The notes under the pieces: model-generated | Told to the model about the DNA's origin: nothing | Seen by the model: only the letters and a program-made list of their open reading frames with translations | Databases searched by the model: none | IMG/VR virus record: IMGVR_UViG_3300045988_038444 | Span: 1 to 43,689 of that record | DNA length: 43,689 bases | Strand: one strand, 5' to 3' | From: a virus | Taxonomy: Duplodnaviria > Heunggongvirae > Uroviricota > Caudoviricetes | In this document: positions 24,899 through 33,282 of the stretch, piece after piece | Layout: every line of letters starts with the position of its first letter | Numbering within the stretch: the stretch's first letter is position 1 | Translations under genes and position numbers: made by a program

Positions 24899-25309
24899 TT
24901 ATGCTCCTTTAGAATACGGTGCAATAAGTAATGCGGTAACTACCTGGTCTTCTTCAGTGGCTGCAGTTTGAGAAATAGCCACGACCAGTTGTGTATCAGT
25001 AGCGGTCTGGAATCGTCCGTCAGCACCAACAGCAAGCTCAACACCTGTGTCGAACGTTGCAGCAGCTTTTACTGGTACGAATTTTTCTTTTTCGTTTACC
25101 AGGTCGAAGAATACACCAGCAGTGGCATCATCAACAGCTACACCGTCGATACGACCGTCAGCCGTTGGGAATTTGTATTTAGGTACACACTGGTTAGTGT
25201 CACCTAAACTGGTATCCAGAACAAGACCAACACCTGCCGAAATAGCCACGGATGCAACGGCACGGGTCGGGCGCTCATAGTTCCAGTAGATTTTGCTGTT
25301 CTTAGCCAT
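24899..25309 (-). CDS. Head decoration or accessory capsid protein (putative)
   Basis: 136-aa ORF immediately upstream of the major capsid gene. Confidence 0.35.
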   Translation of the reverse strand: MAKNSKIYWNYERPTRAVASVAISAGVGLVLDTSLGDTNQCVPKYKFPTADGRIDGVAVDDATAGVFFDLVNEKEKFVPVKAAATFDTGVELAVGADGRFQTATDTQLVVAISQTAATEEDQVVTALLIAPYSKGA

Positions 25310-26568
25310 TATTCGTCACCTCGCATCGCTTCGATTGCTTCCTGACCTTTTTTAGTTGCAGAAACTGCCTGCATAGCCTGGGTGCGTGTTTTACCCGGAT
25401 TTGCTTTCAGCCATTCGTTGATCATGTCTTCCAGTGCACTGGAACCTTTACCACTACCGTTCGGCGCTGCTGGCTCTTTACGTGCTTTCCAGAGTTCGTC
25501 GGCCTGTTTGAGTTTTTCAACCAGAAAGTTACGATCCGCTTCCGGTAAACGCTCAAGAGTCATGACCATTTGGGTTTTCTGTACCATTTCACCCGGAATG
25601 TGTGCGAAATCAGCGTTCACGGTTTTTTCAGCTTTCGCCAGTGCCGCTTCAGTCTGTGCTTTGCGAAGTTGTTCGTCCTGAGATTTCAGAACATCATACA
25701 TCGGACCAGCTACAGACTTCTGAACAACCTGACCAGCAATCGTGGTAAACGATTCATCAGCCTGTTTAGCCATCGTCACGAGGGCATCGCGAGCAGTGGC
25801 ATCCATTTTACGGAATGCTTCCTGATCAGATTCAGGCAGAGAATTATGATACGCCTTATGGACGTCGTTCATCTCAGCCAGGGCTTTGTATTTTTCCAGT
25901 TCGGACATTTCGATTTCCTCTGCCGTTTTTAAAACTTGAGGTACTTCCTGGTCCGGGTGTAATTTTTTCCACGCGGATCGGACTTTGTTTTTCACACCTG
26001 CTAAATCGGCTTCAGGGATTTCAACTTTGTTACCGCGATAACCCGGACCTAATGCAGCAAGTGCAGCGCCTACAATACGCGCATCAGGTTCACCGCCAGG
26101 GGTAGCTGTTAAACGAAGTTTCCAGGTTGAAGGTTTTTCTGGATCTGGCACATATGCATAATCAGATGCCGGGAAAACTTCACCGTCTTCAGTTTTACCA
26201 CCTTTCGCTTTATTCATCGAAATACCAGCGGCCTGTTGCAACGTTATAATATATTCATTTACCGCGTCACGCAATGCTGCTTGTTTATCGGTAACAGAAT
26301 CATCTTTTGCAATATCCTCTGCTGCTTCATAAAGCGCATCGTTCAACATCCACGAATTAGAGAGGAAATCACGAACTTTCTGTTCAAGTTCTTTTTCAGC
26401 CAGTGCCGCGCTGAATGTTGACTTTAAAAGAACAACAGCAGGCGGTTCTGAATGTGATTTAAGAACAAGAGCATTTGCTCCCTCGTGAGCAGGTTTTGTC
26501 ACGCCGGACAGAAAACCGATCTTCATCGATTTAGCGCGGCGTAAATGATTAGTACCATCTGTACGCAT
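25309..26568 (-). CDS. Capsid scaffolding-like protein (putative)
   Basis: 419 aa with a long charged alpha-helical C-terminal half; ATG overlaps the upstream stop (taATG). Confidence 0.35.
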   Translation of the reverse strand: MRTDGTNHLRRAKSMKIGFLSGVTKPAHEGANALVLKSHSEPPAVVLLKSTFSAALAEKELEQKVRDFLSNSWMLNDALYEAAEDIAKDDSVTDKQAALRDAVNEYIITLQQAAGISMNKAKGGKTEDGEVFPASDYAYVPDPEKPSTWKLRLTATPGGEPDARIVGAALAALGPGYRGNKVEIPEADLAGVKNKVRSAWKKLHPDQEVPQVLKTAEEIEMSELEKYKALAEMNDVHKAYHNSLPESDQEAFRKMDATARDALVTMAKQADESFTTIAGQVVQKSVAGPMYDVLKSQDEQLRKAQTEAALAKAEKTVNADFAHIPGEMVQKTQMVMTLERLPEADRNFLVEKLKQADELWKARKEPAAPNGSGKGSSALEDMINEWLKANPGKTRTQAMQAVSATKKGQEAIEAMRGDE

Positions 26569-26978
26569 TATTCCACATCCTCATAATATGCAGTTCCACC
26601 GATACTATATCCCGTATATTCACCAGTCTGAAACTTTTTCAAAACTTCGTCATCAGTTATCAACGTACCAACAATGACGCCTGTCTGATCCAGTTTATCA
26701 ACCAGTCCAAAACTTGCTGCAATGTCTTCGGTCATCGGGAACGCAAACACAACTTTCCCAACAGGTTGTTGATTATGCATATTATCCATGATGCGCTGAT
26801 CAGAATTCATGAAGTCCAACCATGCTTTCAGAGTGACATCCTCGGGAAATTGCTCGTTGTCCGTGTCTGTGTAAATTTCTAACTGACCTGTCTCCTGATT
26901 ACGTTTTTTACAGATACTACCCCAACCGAATACCATACGTAGTGAGTTGTCAACCTTATTAACTTTTACGTTAATCAC
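26568..26978 (-). CDS. Hypothetical head-module protein
   Basis: 136-aa ORF in the head gene block. Confidence 0.35.
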   Translation of the reverse strand: MINVKVNKVDNSLRMVFGWGSICKKRNQETGQLEIYTDTDNEQFPEDVTLKAWLDFMNSDQRIMDNMHNQQPVGKVVFAFPMTEDIAASFGLVDKLDQTGVIVGTLITDDEVLKKFQTGEYTGYSIGGTAYYEDVE

Positions 26979-27385
26979 GGGGATTGTCCTCGTATTGTTT
27001 CAACATGACTAAATTCTAACATTTCGGATGAATAATTGCACTGGTGATACACGCTGTTTACAACGTTACCGAATATCTCAGAAAGATTCTTGATCGGTTC
27101 AACAGCAGTCGTTACTGGTTCAACAGCAGTCGTTACTGGTTCAACAGTAGTCGTTACCGGTTCAACAGTAGTCGTTACCGGTTCAACAGCAGTCGTTACT
27201 GGTTCAACAGCGTCCAGATGTTCAGCGACAACCTGGAAAAACACTGTGTTAGTTTCACGGTCAATAATAACCACTGTGCTGGAACTATCTTCAACAATGC
27301 TGAATGAGTAGTCGTAACGATCACCGTGAATTTTACGGGCGCGACGAATGAATTCGTCTGTAGCAACTCTGATGTTCGGATCCAT
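26975..27385 (-). CDS. Repeat protein: N-terminal KYDYS module followed by six VEPVTT(A/T) heptad repeats
   Basis: Start taken at ATG 27385 (MDPNIRVATDEFIRRARKIHGDRYDYS...); the N-terminal module matches the repeat unit of the T5orf172 genes. Confidence 0.5.
   Translation of the reverse strand: MDPNIRVATDEFIRRARKIHGDRYDYSFSIVEDSSSTVVIIDRETNTVFFQVVAEHLDAVEPVTTAVEPVTTTVEPVTTTVEPVTTAVEPVTTAVEPIKNLSEIFGNVVNSVYHQCNYSSEMLEFSHVETIRGQSP
27105..27218 (-). repeat. Coding tandem repeat, 21-bp unit (ttcaacagcagtcgttactgg on the plus strand), about 5.5 copies
   Basis: Direct repeats visible at 27105-27218; encode VEPVTTA heptads on the minus strand. Confidence 0.85.
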
Positions 27386-27411
27386 ACATTCAACCCTTCT
27401 TGTTCTCTTAA

Positions 27412-27456
27412 CCACAGGGTAGTTGTGTCGGTGTAATCCGTCAAGAATTATTTTGC
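27412..27456 (-). promoter_or_regulatory. Inverted copy of the conserved early promoter, reading leftward
   Basis: Plus gtaatccgtcaagaattatttt is the reverse complement of aaaataattcttgacggattac; downstream leader nearly matches the plus copy at 27742. Confidence 0.6.
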
Positions 27457-27526
27457 GTATAGATTCATGGGAAGTATGCGACCCCCTATACCTTTTAAAC
27501 CTCTCCTACTTGCAGCAACTTTTACT

Positions 27527-27640
27527 ACTTATACTACTCTTCTATTTATCTATGTTTATTATGTTTTCTATAAAAAGATAACAAAAAGAATAAGATAGAG
27601 AGGGGTTGGTTAAAAAGTAAACATGACGAAATATATGAAT
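27527..27640. repeat. Conserved ~110-bp noncoding element, copy A (core 27567-27632)
   Basis: Core tctataaaaagataacaaaaagaataagatagagaggggttggttaaaaagtaaacatgacgaaat recurs at 42643-42708 with 4 mismatches in 66 nt. Confidence 0.8.
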
Positions 27641-27652
27641 CTATGATCTACT

Positions 27653-27733
27653 AATACACGTTCTGTATTAGCCGCAACTCAAAATCATGAAACCTATGTA
27701 GAACTATGTGCAGTTAGTACACGTTCTGTATTA
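27653..27733. promoter_or_regulatory. Two operator-like inverted repeats aataca-cgttc-tgtatt, 63 bp apart
   Basis: aatacacgttctgtatt at 27653-27669 and gtacacgttctgtatta at 27716-27733, just upstream of the promoter at 27742. Confidence 0.4.
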
Positions 27734-27741
27734 ACTGCATC

Positions 27742-27786
27742 TTTAAAATAATTCTTGACGGATTACACCGACGCAACTATCTTGTG
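27742..27786 (+). promoter_or_regulatory. Conserved early promoter copy (-35 TTGACG 27755-27760, -10 tatctt 27778-27783)
   Basis: ctttaaaataattcttgacggattacaccgacgcaactatctt. Confidence 0.7.
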
Positions 27787-27814
27787 GTTAACAGGAAGAA
27801 AAAGGAGACATGCA

Positions 27815-27883
27815 ATGATTTACTACATACTGGCTTTCATGATTTTCGCAGCACCTGTGATCGTAGGAATAGTAAGAGGTTAA
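27815..27883 (+). CDS. Possible 22-aa hydrophobic leader peptide (MIYYILAFMIFAAPVIVGIVRG)
   Basis: aggaga 6 nt upstream of ATG 27815; lies between promoter and first long gene. Confidence 0.25.
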   Translation: MIYYILAFMIFAAPVIVGIVRG

Positions 27884-27887
27884 CAGT

Positions 27888-28436
27888 ATGAACGAACTGA
27901 CAAACACCAACGTTGATTTCACAATGTCCAGCCTGGATTTCTTGAAGAATGTTATCAACCCAGCACGTGTGGCTGAAGGTGAGGAAGTCTGGGTCCGTCA
28001 TAATGATTTCTTAGCCAGAGTTAAGGATGAATTAGAAGGTCAAGTTTTGGTTACGAAACTTTTCACACCCAAACTTCAGGGAAGAGGTGGCAATAGAAAA
28101 CCGTTTGAAGTGGTCGATCTAAACATGGATCAAATGCTTCTTGTGGGTATGCGTGAATCTAAAGCCGTTCGCAAAGCTGTATTAGCCAAATTAAAGAAGT
28201 TGAATAACCACCAACACCAACCGTTACTACAGTTACAGTGTGAAATCGGAGAATTGCACAAACAGAATGACGAACTACGTAACGAAATTGAAGTCGATCG
28301 TAAGACCTATGATTTGTTGTTGGTAGACATGAAAAAGTTATGGGAAGAGAAAGAAAATCTGCAAAAAGAATTAACTGCTTTGCGTAAACAGGATGATGTT
28401 CGTAAACGTGCGCTTAAACTTTTACTTGGGTTATAA
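27888..28436 (+). CDS. Hypothetical early protein with C-terminal coiled-coil
   Basis: 182-aa ORF; agagg RBS; heptad-like charged C-terminus. Confidence 0.5.
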   Translation: MNELTNTNVDFTMSSLDFLKNVINPARVAEGEEVWVRHNDFLARVKDELEGQVLVTKLFTPKLQGRGGNRKPFEVVDLNMDQMLLVGMRESKAVRKAVLAKLKKLNNHQHQPLLQLQCEIGELHKQNDELRNEIEVDRKTYDLLLVDMKKLWEEKENLQKELTALRKQDDVRKRALKLLLGL

Positions 28437-28439
28437 CCT

Positions 28440-28601
28440 ATGGGTAAAAAGAAACGGAAACAGCCTGTCAAGAAAGAACCATATAACCCACGGCATGTTA
28501 ATGAGTTATGGGCTAAAGATGTGGACGATTTTACTGAATCTGACTGGAGTAAAGTCACAAGGTTGATCGTTAAATTAAGACGACTATCGAGGTACGCGTA
28601 A
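28440..28601 (+). CDS. Small basic protein (53 aa)
   Basis: Below track cutoff; ATG 28440 three nt after the upstream stop; its stop overlaps the next ATG (taATG). Confidence 0.35.
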   Translation: MGKKKRKQPVKKEPYNPRHVNELWAKDVDDFTESDWSKVTRLIVKLRRLSRYA

Positions 28602-28876
28602 TGTGTTACTGTATGAAAAAAGTTGGTGACGAACTTCAAAAACGTCTGATGGAAAAAGTACCAGTAGGTTCGGAAGTCAGCACTAACCTGTTTGATAAAG
28701 TTGGCTGGGATAATCAGTGTTTCGGTCTGACGTCTGGTAAAACTTACGTTATGTTGAAATATCGTCTTGCATACCGTGCTAAAAAGAAAAACGGTGAACT
28801 GGCGAAGAACTTCACGCGCCTGGAAACCAACATCAAAATGTCTTATTGTCCATTCTGCGGGGAGAAACAGGAGTAA
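28601..28876 (+). CDS. Hypothetical protein with C-terminal CPFCG zinc-ribbon-like motif
   Basis: 91-aa ORF; Cys pairs at both ends. Confidence 0.45.
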   Translation: MCYCMKKVGDELQKRLMEKVPVGSEVSTNLFDKVGWDNQCFGLTSGKTYVMLKYRLAYRAKKKNGELAKNFTRLETNIKMSYCPFCGEKQE

Positions 28877-29114
28877 TCGCTATGGGAATGAAACAAATAT
28901 GGGATGGTAAAACCTTCCTTCTGTTGGTTGTGAAGTATTGATCCATCTGGCAAGCATTAACAAGTGGGTGGCACGAACTGTTCAGGGTTATGAAATATGG
29001 CCTTCTGTTTATGAAAATGATACGGCACATCACAGGGTAAACATAAAATTTGAAGATAATGTTCGTCTGTTATGTGATGTGCGACCTCTTGACTGGCGTG
29101 AACCTGATTAACTT

Positions 29115-29176
29115 GGTTCGATGGCTGTACTGAGTGGTTAAAATGGAATCCAAATATAACCACTCTAATACGTATA
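29115..29176 (+). pseudogene. Remnant of the 3' end of a T5orf172-type gene
   Basis: ggttcgatggctgtactgagtggttaaaatggaatccaaatataaccactctaatacg is near-identical to 22038-22095 (end of gene 21207..22103); encodes FDGCTEWLKWNPNITTLIR but has an in-frame TGA at 29105-29107 just upstream. Confidence 0.6.
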
Positions 29177-29177
29177 A

Positions 29178-30137
29178 TCACGGGATAACATTTATATCTT
29201 GAGGGAGAGAATAAGCAACCCGGCAACGACAATTAATCACGTTCGCAGCACTACCGTTAGGATCACGAGGAAACATAAGTGGTCCTAACGGCGTTGAAAA
29301 CGGTCTGTCCATTGGTATCCAGCCGTTCGTTTCACCTGTAGAAATATGCGCATCACGTGTCCGACCATCTTTTCTATATAACCAGCGCTTCAGCAATTCA
29401 TTACTAATAGCCCCGGTAATCTGTCCCTGACGTATTGCCTGATCCTGACCAACTGATACAGCACGAAGTGATTCAGTACGCGCTATTGTCTCTGTACGCT
29501 GTTTTACATAACGCAAGCGTGTCTGTTCGATTATCTGGTCAATCTTCACCTGTGATAGTTTCCCGGCACTTACAGCGTTCTTCGCACTGTCTGTAACAGT
29601 GGTCAGACTGTTCACATAACCTGCTTCACCTTTTTCCAGTGCTGATCGTAGACGTTGAACCGTCATTTCCTGCCGTGTGGTTAACCCTATTGATGATCGA
29701 AAATCACGGGCTATCTGACGCGGATTTCGTCCGGTTACCATACCCTGGTTAACTGCAATCTGAACAGCTTTGACTGTTTCGTCACTGACTTCACGGATCA
29801 GTTGTCCGACATAGTTGTTGATATATGTGCTGACCTGTGGGGTGACCAGACTGAACACAACCGGACCTGTTACAGCCGCTTTCGGTAGAACCTGAACGAC
29901 TACACGACCTGATTCAGCGATCGCATCTTCAATAACCGGGCGCAACTGTGCACTAAGTTCATCAGGAAGTGTTTCAAGAATGGGGAGTAACCCGGCAATA
30001 CCTTGGGTTTCAATAATGTATTCCAGGTTGGCTAACGACTCACTACGACGCACGTTTTCCCACACAACATCAAGTGCTTCGCGAATGCGAGCGTCATACT
30101 TGTCTGAAATATCCGGGTATGGGTCTTTAGTAGCCAT
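29178..30137 (-). CDS. Head morphogenesis protein (Mu F / SPP1 gp7-like minor head protein)
   Basis: 319 aa; C-terminal DGRTRDAH ... NCRC pattern typical of the Phage_Mu_F family. Confidence 0.65.
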   Translation of the reverse strand: MATKDPYPDISDKYDARIREALDVVWENVRRSESLANLEYIIETQGIAGLLPILETLPDELSAQLRPVIEDAIAESGRVVVQVLPKAAVTGPVVFSLVTPQVSTYINNYVGQLIREVSDETVKAVQIAVNQGMVTGRNPRQIARDFRSSIGLTTRQEMTVQRLRSALEKGEAGYVNSLTTVTDSAKNAVSAGKLSQVKIDQIIEQTRLRYVKQRTETIARTESLRAVSVGQDQAIRQGQITGAISNELLKRWLYRKDGRTRDAHISTGETNGWIPMDRPFSTPLGPLMFPRDPNGSAANVINCRCRVAYSLPQDINVIP

Positions 30138-30165
30138 AAAAAAGCCTCAGTTAACACACTGAGGC
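30138..30165 (-). terminator. Hairpin plus T6 immediately upstream of the head morphogenesis start codon
   Basis: Minus strand GCCTCAG-tgtgttaa-CTGAGGC-TTTTTT followed directly by ATG 30137. Confidence 0.45.
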
Positions 30166-30310
30166 CGATTATATCACGTGTTACGGACGTGGAAGATTAC
30201 GTTTTTCAGTTCCCTGAATGCGGTTCTTAACTTCGCGGATCTGTTCTTCCAGAAACTGTAACGCTTTTTGTGCTCGTTCGTAGTCTATTTCAAGTTCACG
30301 TAATAATTTT

Positions 30311-30505
30311 TCATCTTTTGTCACGATTATAACGTCCTTTAAAACCGGGTCTGACCATCAACTTACCATTCACCACCGCGTGAAATTCACCATTGGTGTC
30401 ATCCATATATTTATAAACTGTCGCTTTGTTACACCCAATCCTCCTAGCAAGTTCTGTCACGTTGCCATAAACGGTGGGTAGTAATTCAGAAATAGTTTGA
30501 ACCAT
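30311..30505 (-). CDS. Small helix-turn-helix DNA-binding protein (putative regulator)
   Basis: VTELARRIGCNKATVYKYM resembles an HTH. Confidence 0.4.
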   Translation of the reverse strand: MVQTISELLPTVYGNVTELARRIGCNKATVYKYMDDTNGEFHAVVNGKLMVRPGFKGRYNRDKR

Positions 30506-30687
30506 TATAATAGTTCCCCTCTGTCACGTGCCACACGTTCGATTAACCGAATCGTGGCAGACCGTTTATCACCGTCATAAGGTTCTTCATAACGAAGATC
30601 GTCTGTGAAAACGATTTGTTCACGGTCACAGTGAATAACAATAATGTCGTATTTGACCAGAAGGTCGAATGCTTGTTCACCGTTCAT
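30505..30687 (-). CDS. Hypothetical protein
   Basis: 60-aa ORF, overlapping stops and starts. Confidence 0.35.
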   Translation of the reverse strand: MNGEQAFDLLVKYDIIVIHCDREQIVFTDDLRYEEPYDGDKRSATIRLIERVARDRGELL

Positions 30688-31312
30688 CGTTAAGATATTC
30701 CTCTGCGTGTAATGCTGCGTAACTGATCAGATCTTCCAGACTGTCACGATGTGGTGTTTCAGTGTCGGAATAGAAACGAACCGCTTTTAACAACATCAGG
30801 AACAACCATCCTTCACCCGGTGTTAAATCGCGCCCGGTAATTGTGTTAAACGCAGCAACGATTTTAGCTGACGAACGTTCCTGACCAGACGTGTCATACT
30901 GCTTACCACGTTCTGTCAGTAGCTGTTCAGCCTGTTTCAGTAAATCAGACGCTGTTGATGGTTGTTGAACAGGTGTGAATAGATGCGCCAGGTGTAAGTC
31001 TGCTAATGACTGTTGTTTATATTTTGTTATTTCATCATTAGTACGAATAGAATAACCATGTATGGCTAACTTGTCGTCATTAACACGAGTAACCATTACA
31101 TCCCGTGGTGAGACTGCAGGACGTTTTTCAACGATTTCCCAGAAATTTTCACTGCTCATTGTAAATTCAGTACCTGTTTCAATTCTTATCATGCGTGCAG
31201 ATACACGGGGTTCTTCTGACCAGTGATAGTCAACACTGAATTTATTAATTTTTGGTTTAACAACACAAGTAGCCCAGTCCGGTGCTTCACTCCAGTTAAT
31301 GTTATGCATCAT
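30677..31312 (-). CDS. Hypothetical protein
   Basis: Track ORF to 31369 would overlap the promoter; start taken at Met 31312 (MMHNINW). Confidence 0.4.
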   Translation of the reverse strand: MMHNINWSEAPDWATCVVKPKINKFSVDYHWSEEPRVSARMIRIETGTEFTMSSENFWEIVEKRPAVSPRDVMVTRVNDDKLAIHGYSIRTNDEITKYKQQSLADLHLAHLFTPVQQPSTASDLLKQAEQLLTERGKQYDTSGQERSSAKIVAAFNTITGRDLTPGEGWLFLMLLKAVRFYSDTETPHRDSLEDLISYAALHAEEYLNDER

Positions 31313-31342
31313 TCGTTCCTCATTGGTTAACGTTGACAGAAG

Positions 31343-31388
31343 TTTAAAATAATTCTTGACACATTGCAAGCAGTAACACTAACATTTG
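31343..31388 (+). promoter_or_regulatory. Conserved early promoter copy (-35 TTGACA 31356-31361)
   Basis: gtttaaaataattcttgacacattgcaagcagtaacactaacat. Confidence 0.65.
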
Positions 31389-31419
31389 TCACGAACGAAA
31401 CACACTGAGGAATCAAACA

Positions 31420-31923
31420 ATGACTAACCTGTATATCAAAAAACTAACACCCCACGCTGAACTTCCAACACGTGTAACACCAGACAGCGCCGGGTTAGAC
31501 GTTCGTGCTTGCCTATGGGAAGAATCGGTAACTATATTCACAGAATCAGGCGCTAAAGTGGAACGTCCGGTTGTTGCAGGAACAATCGCATTATGGCCCG
31601 GCGACCGCGCTATGATCCCCACTGGTCTGAAAATGTCAGTTGATAACGGATATTGCATTAAATTTTATCCACGTTCCGGCATGAGTCTTAAACACGGTTT
31701 GTCACTGATCAACTGTGTGGGTATCGGTGATCGTGATTACAAAGAAGAATACTACGTTACGCTGACTAACCACGGACAGAAATTACAGACTATCGCAGAC
31801 GGTGAACGCGTTTGCCAGCTTATGGTTGAACGTGTCGAACCTGTTAATCTGGTTGAAGTGGAAGAATTACCAGATGTTGATAGTCAGCGTAATGGCGGGT
31901 TTGGATCAACAGGACGGGTATGA
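31420..31923 (+). CDS. dut: dUTP diphosphatase (dUTPase)
   Basis: Motifs AGLDV, IPTGL, RSG, GVIDxDY-like (GIGDRDYKEEY), GERVCQL, and C-terminal RNGGFGSTG. Confidence 0.85.
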   Translation: MTNLYIKKLTPHAELPTRVTPDSAGLDVRACLWEESVTIFTESGAKVERPVVAGTIALWPGDRAMIPTGLKMSVDNGYCIKFYPRSGMSLKHGLSLINCVGIGDRDYKEEYYVTLTNHGQKLQTIADGERVCQLMVERVEPVNLVEVEELPDVDSQRNGGFGSTGRV

Positions 31924-32249
31924 TGAACAATCGTGATTTATTAGTCAACGCAGCACGGGCTGCTGAAATCCAGGGTAAATATTACGTCGCGTACGACGAA
32001 CGTTATATAAACGAAGGTATTGATATAGGTAATGGTCGCCTGTGGAACCCTCTTACACGTAATGAGGATGCTTTCAGTCTGATGGTTAACATGTACATGG
32101 ATCTGGATGTTCGTGACAACGAAGTGACGGTTAATAACCCTGACACTGGCGTTAGTTATAAGCAACCAGTTAGCCACGGAGAAGATCGTGAAAAAGCAAC
32201 GCGTTTAGCGATCGTCAACTGTGCAGCAATTGTGGGGTCGTATTTATGA
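31920..32249 (+). CDS. Hypothetical protein
   Basis: 109-aa ORF, ATGA overlap with dut. Confidence 0.45.
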   Translation: MMNNRDLLVNAARAAEIQGKYYVAYDERYINEGIDIGNGRLWNPLTRNEDAFSLMVNMYMDLDVRDNEVTVNNPDTGVSYKQPVSHGEDREKATRLAIVNCAAIVGSYL

Positions 32250-32494
32250 CGATATTTAAAAACTCAATGGGCGATACTGTCGCGTATCTACCGAAAGTCA
32301 TTATTGCAGATCCATCCTGTGTTGATTACCCACACTGCAAGCAATCTGAAGCGACCTACAACGACCTGTGCGCTGATATTATGCGTGGTTGTGACATCGG
32401 TATTGAACGACTTCAGAAACTGCGGGAGGAATACGAAAAACGGTCTGTTCAGGCAGCAATGGGTTTACCGCCTGTATACGATAATTTAAAATAA
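32246..32494 (+). CDS. Hypothetical protein
   Basis: 82-aa ORF whose stop lies inside the next promoter copy. Confidence 0.4.
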   Translation: MTIFKNSMGDTVAYLPKVIIADPSCVDYPHCKQSEATYNDLCADIMRGCDIGIERLQKLREEYEKRSVQAAMGLPPVYDNLK

Positions 32495-32530
32495 TTCTTG
32501 ACGGATTACACAAGGACGTGTAACCTACAA
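32485..32530 (+). promoter_or_regulatory. Conserved early promoter copy (-35 TTGACG 32498-32503, -10 taacct)
   Basis: atttaaaataattcttgacggattacacaaggacgtgtaacct. Confidence 0.7.
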
Positions 32531-32556
32531 ACATCAAAACAAAGGAGGACACAATC

Positions 32557-32901
32557 ATGTTATTCGCTATTTTATGGGTTCTTTTCTCTCTGATTATCGC
32601 GGGTGTTGCCAAACAAACGGGTCGCAACCCTGGTGCATGGTTCTTTATCGCATTTCTCACAAGTCCTGTGATCGGTGGTCTGATTCTGTTAATCGCATAT
32701 CTGTTTAACGGTAAGGTCGTAAGGGAACAACCGAAAGTGGTAACCACGGGGATGTTTAGTAACTACCTTGCAGCCTATAACTATGTTAATGAACATTACA
32801 CCATTGATACTGACTACCGGGCAGAAGCAGCCAGTGACCTGTTTAAGTATGCTACCTGTCGCGAGGACTGTGATAAACTGATCGCGAAGTACGTTAACTG
32901 A
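32557..32901 (+). CDS. Small inner-membrane protein (two predicted TMDs)
   Basis: aaaggagg RBS; hydrophobic segments ILWVLFSLIIAGV and WFFIAFLTSPVIGGLILLIAYL. Confidence 0.5.
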   Translation: MLFAILWVLFSLIIAGVAKQTGRNPGAWFFIAFLTSPVIGGLILLIAYLFNGKVVREQPKVVTTGMFSNYLAAYNYVNEHYTIDTDYRAEAASDLFKYATCREDCDKLIAKYVN

Positions 32902-32916
32902 CAGGAGAAAACTTAA

Positions 32917-33249
32917 ATGCGTTTTGAAATTCTTGAGCTTGTTAAATATGACAAGACTGCTGCTGAAATTCTGGTTGATGCAGTTGCTGACAACGAAGTG
33001 AAATTTAAACTACTTAACAAGGTCTGGAAATACATTGTAACCACGACTATTGTTGAGCAAGCATCACAGTTTAAAGAAGTTGTTGCTGATATGTACGCGT
33101 TCACTGGCGATGATGAGGTTAAACTACAACTGCTTGATAAAACGCTGGAACGTGCGATCAACAACAGTTATCCGTTACAGACTCGTATTCAGACTGCGGT
33201 TGATGAAGCGAGTAAATTACTGTCAATCGTGCAGCCTGAAACTAAGTAA
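32917..33249 (+). CDS. Hypothetical protein
   Basis: 110-aa ORF; aggaga RBS. Confidence 0.45.
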   Translation: MRFEILELVKYDKTAAEILVDAVADNEVKFKLLNKVWKYIVTTTIVEQASQFKEVVADMYAFTGDDEVKLQLLDKTLERAINNSYPLQTRIQTAVDEASKLLSIVQPETK

Positions 33250-33256
33250 AAATTAA

Positions 33257-33279
33257 GGGACCAGAAACGGTCCCTTTTT
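33257..33279. terminator. Bidirectional rho-independent terminator (gggacc-agaaac-ggtccc, T-runs both sides)
   Basis: Between convergent genes 32917..33249 (+) and portal (-). Confidence 0.65.
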
Positions 33280-33282
33280 AAT

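Noticed and set aside
30181-30324. Possible 47-aa coiled-coil ORF on the minus strand (TKDEKLLRELEIDYERAQKALQFLEEQIREVKNRIQGTEKRNLPRP)
   Set aside because: Needs a GTG start overlapping the upstream gene with no clear RBS; not strong enough to call as a feature.
30677-31312. MazG-like nucleotide pyrophosphohydrolase assignment for the C-terminal half of this protein
   Set aside because: Only a vague resemblance from memory; not enough to name the family.
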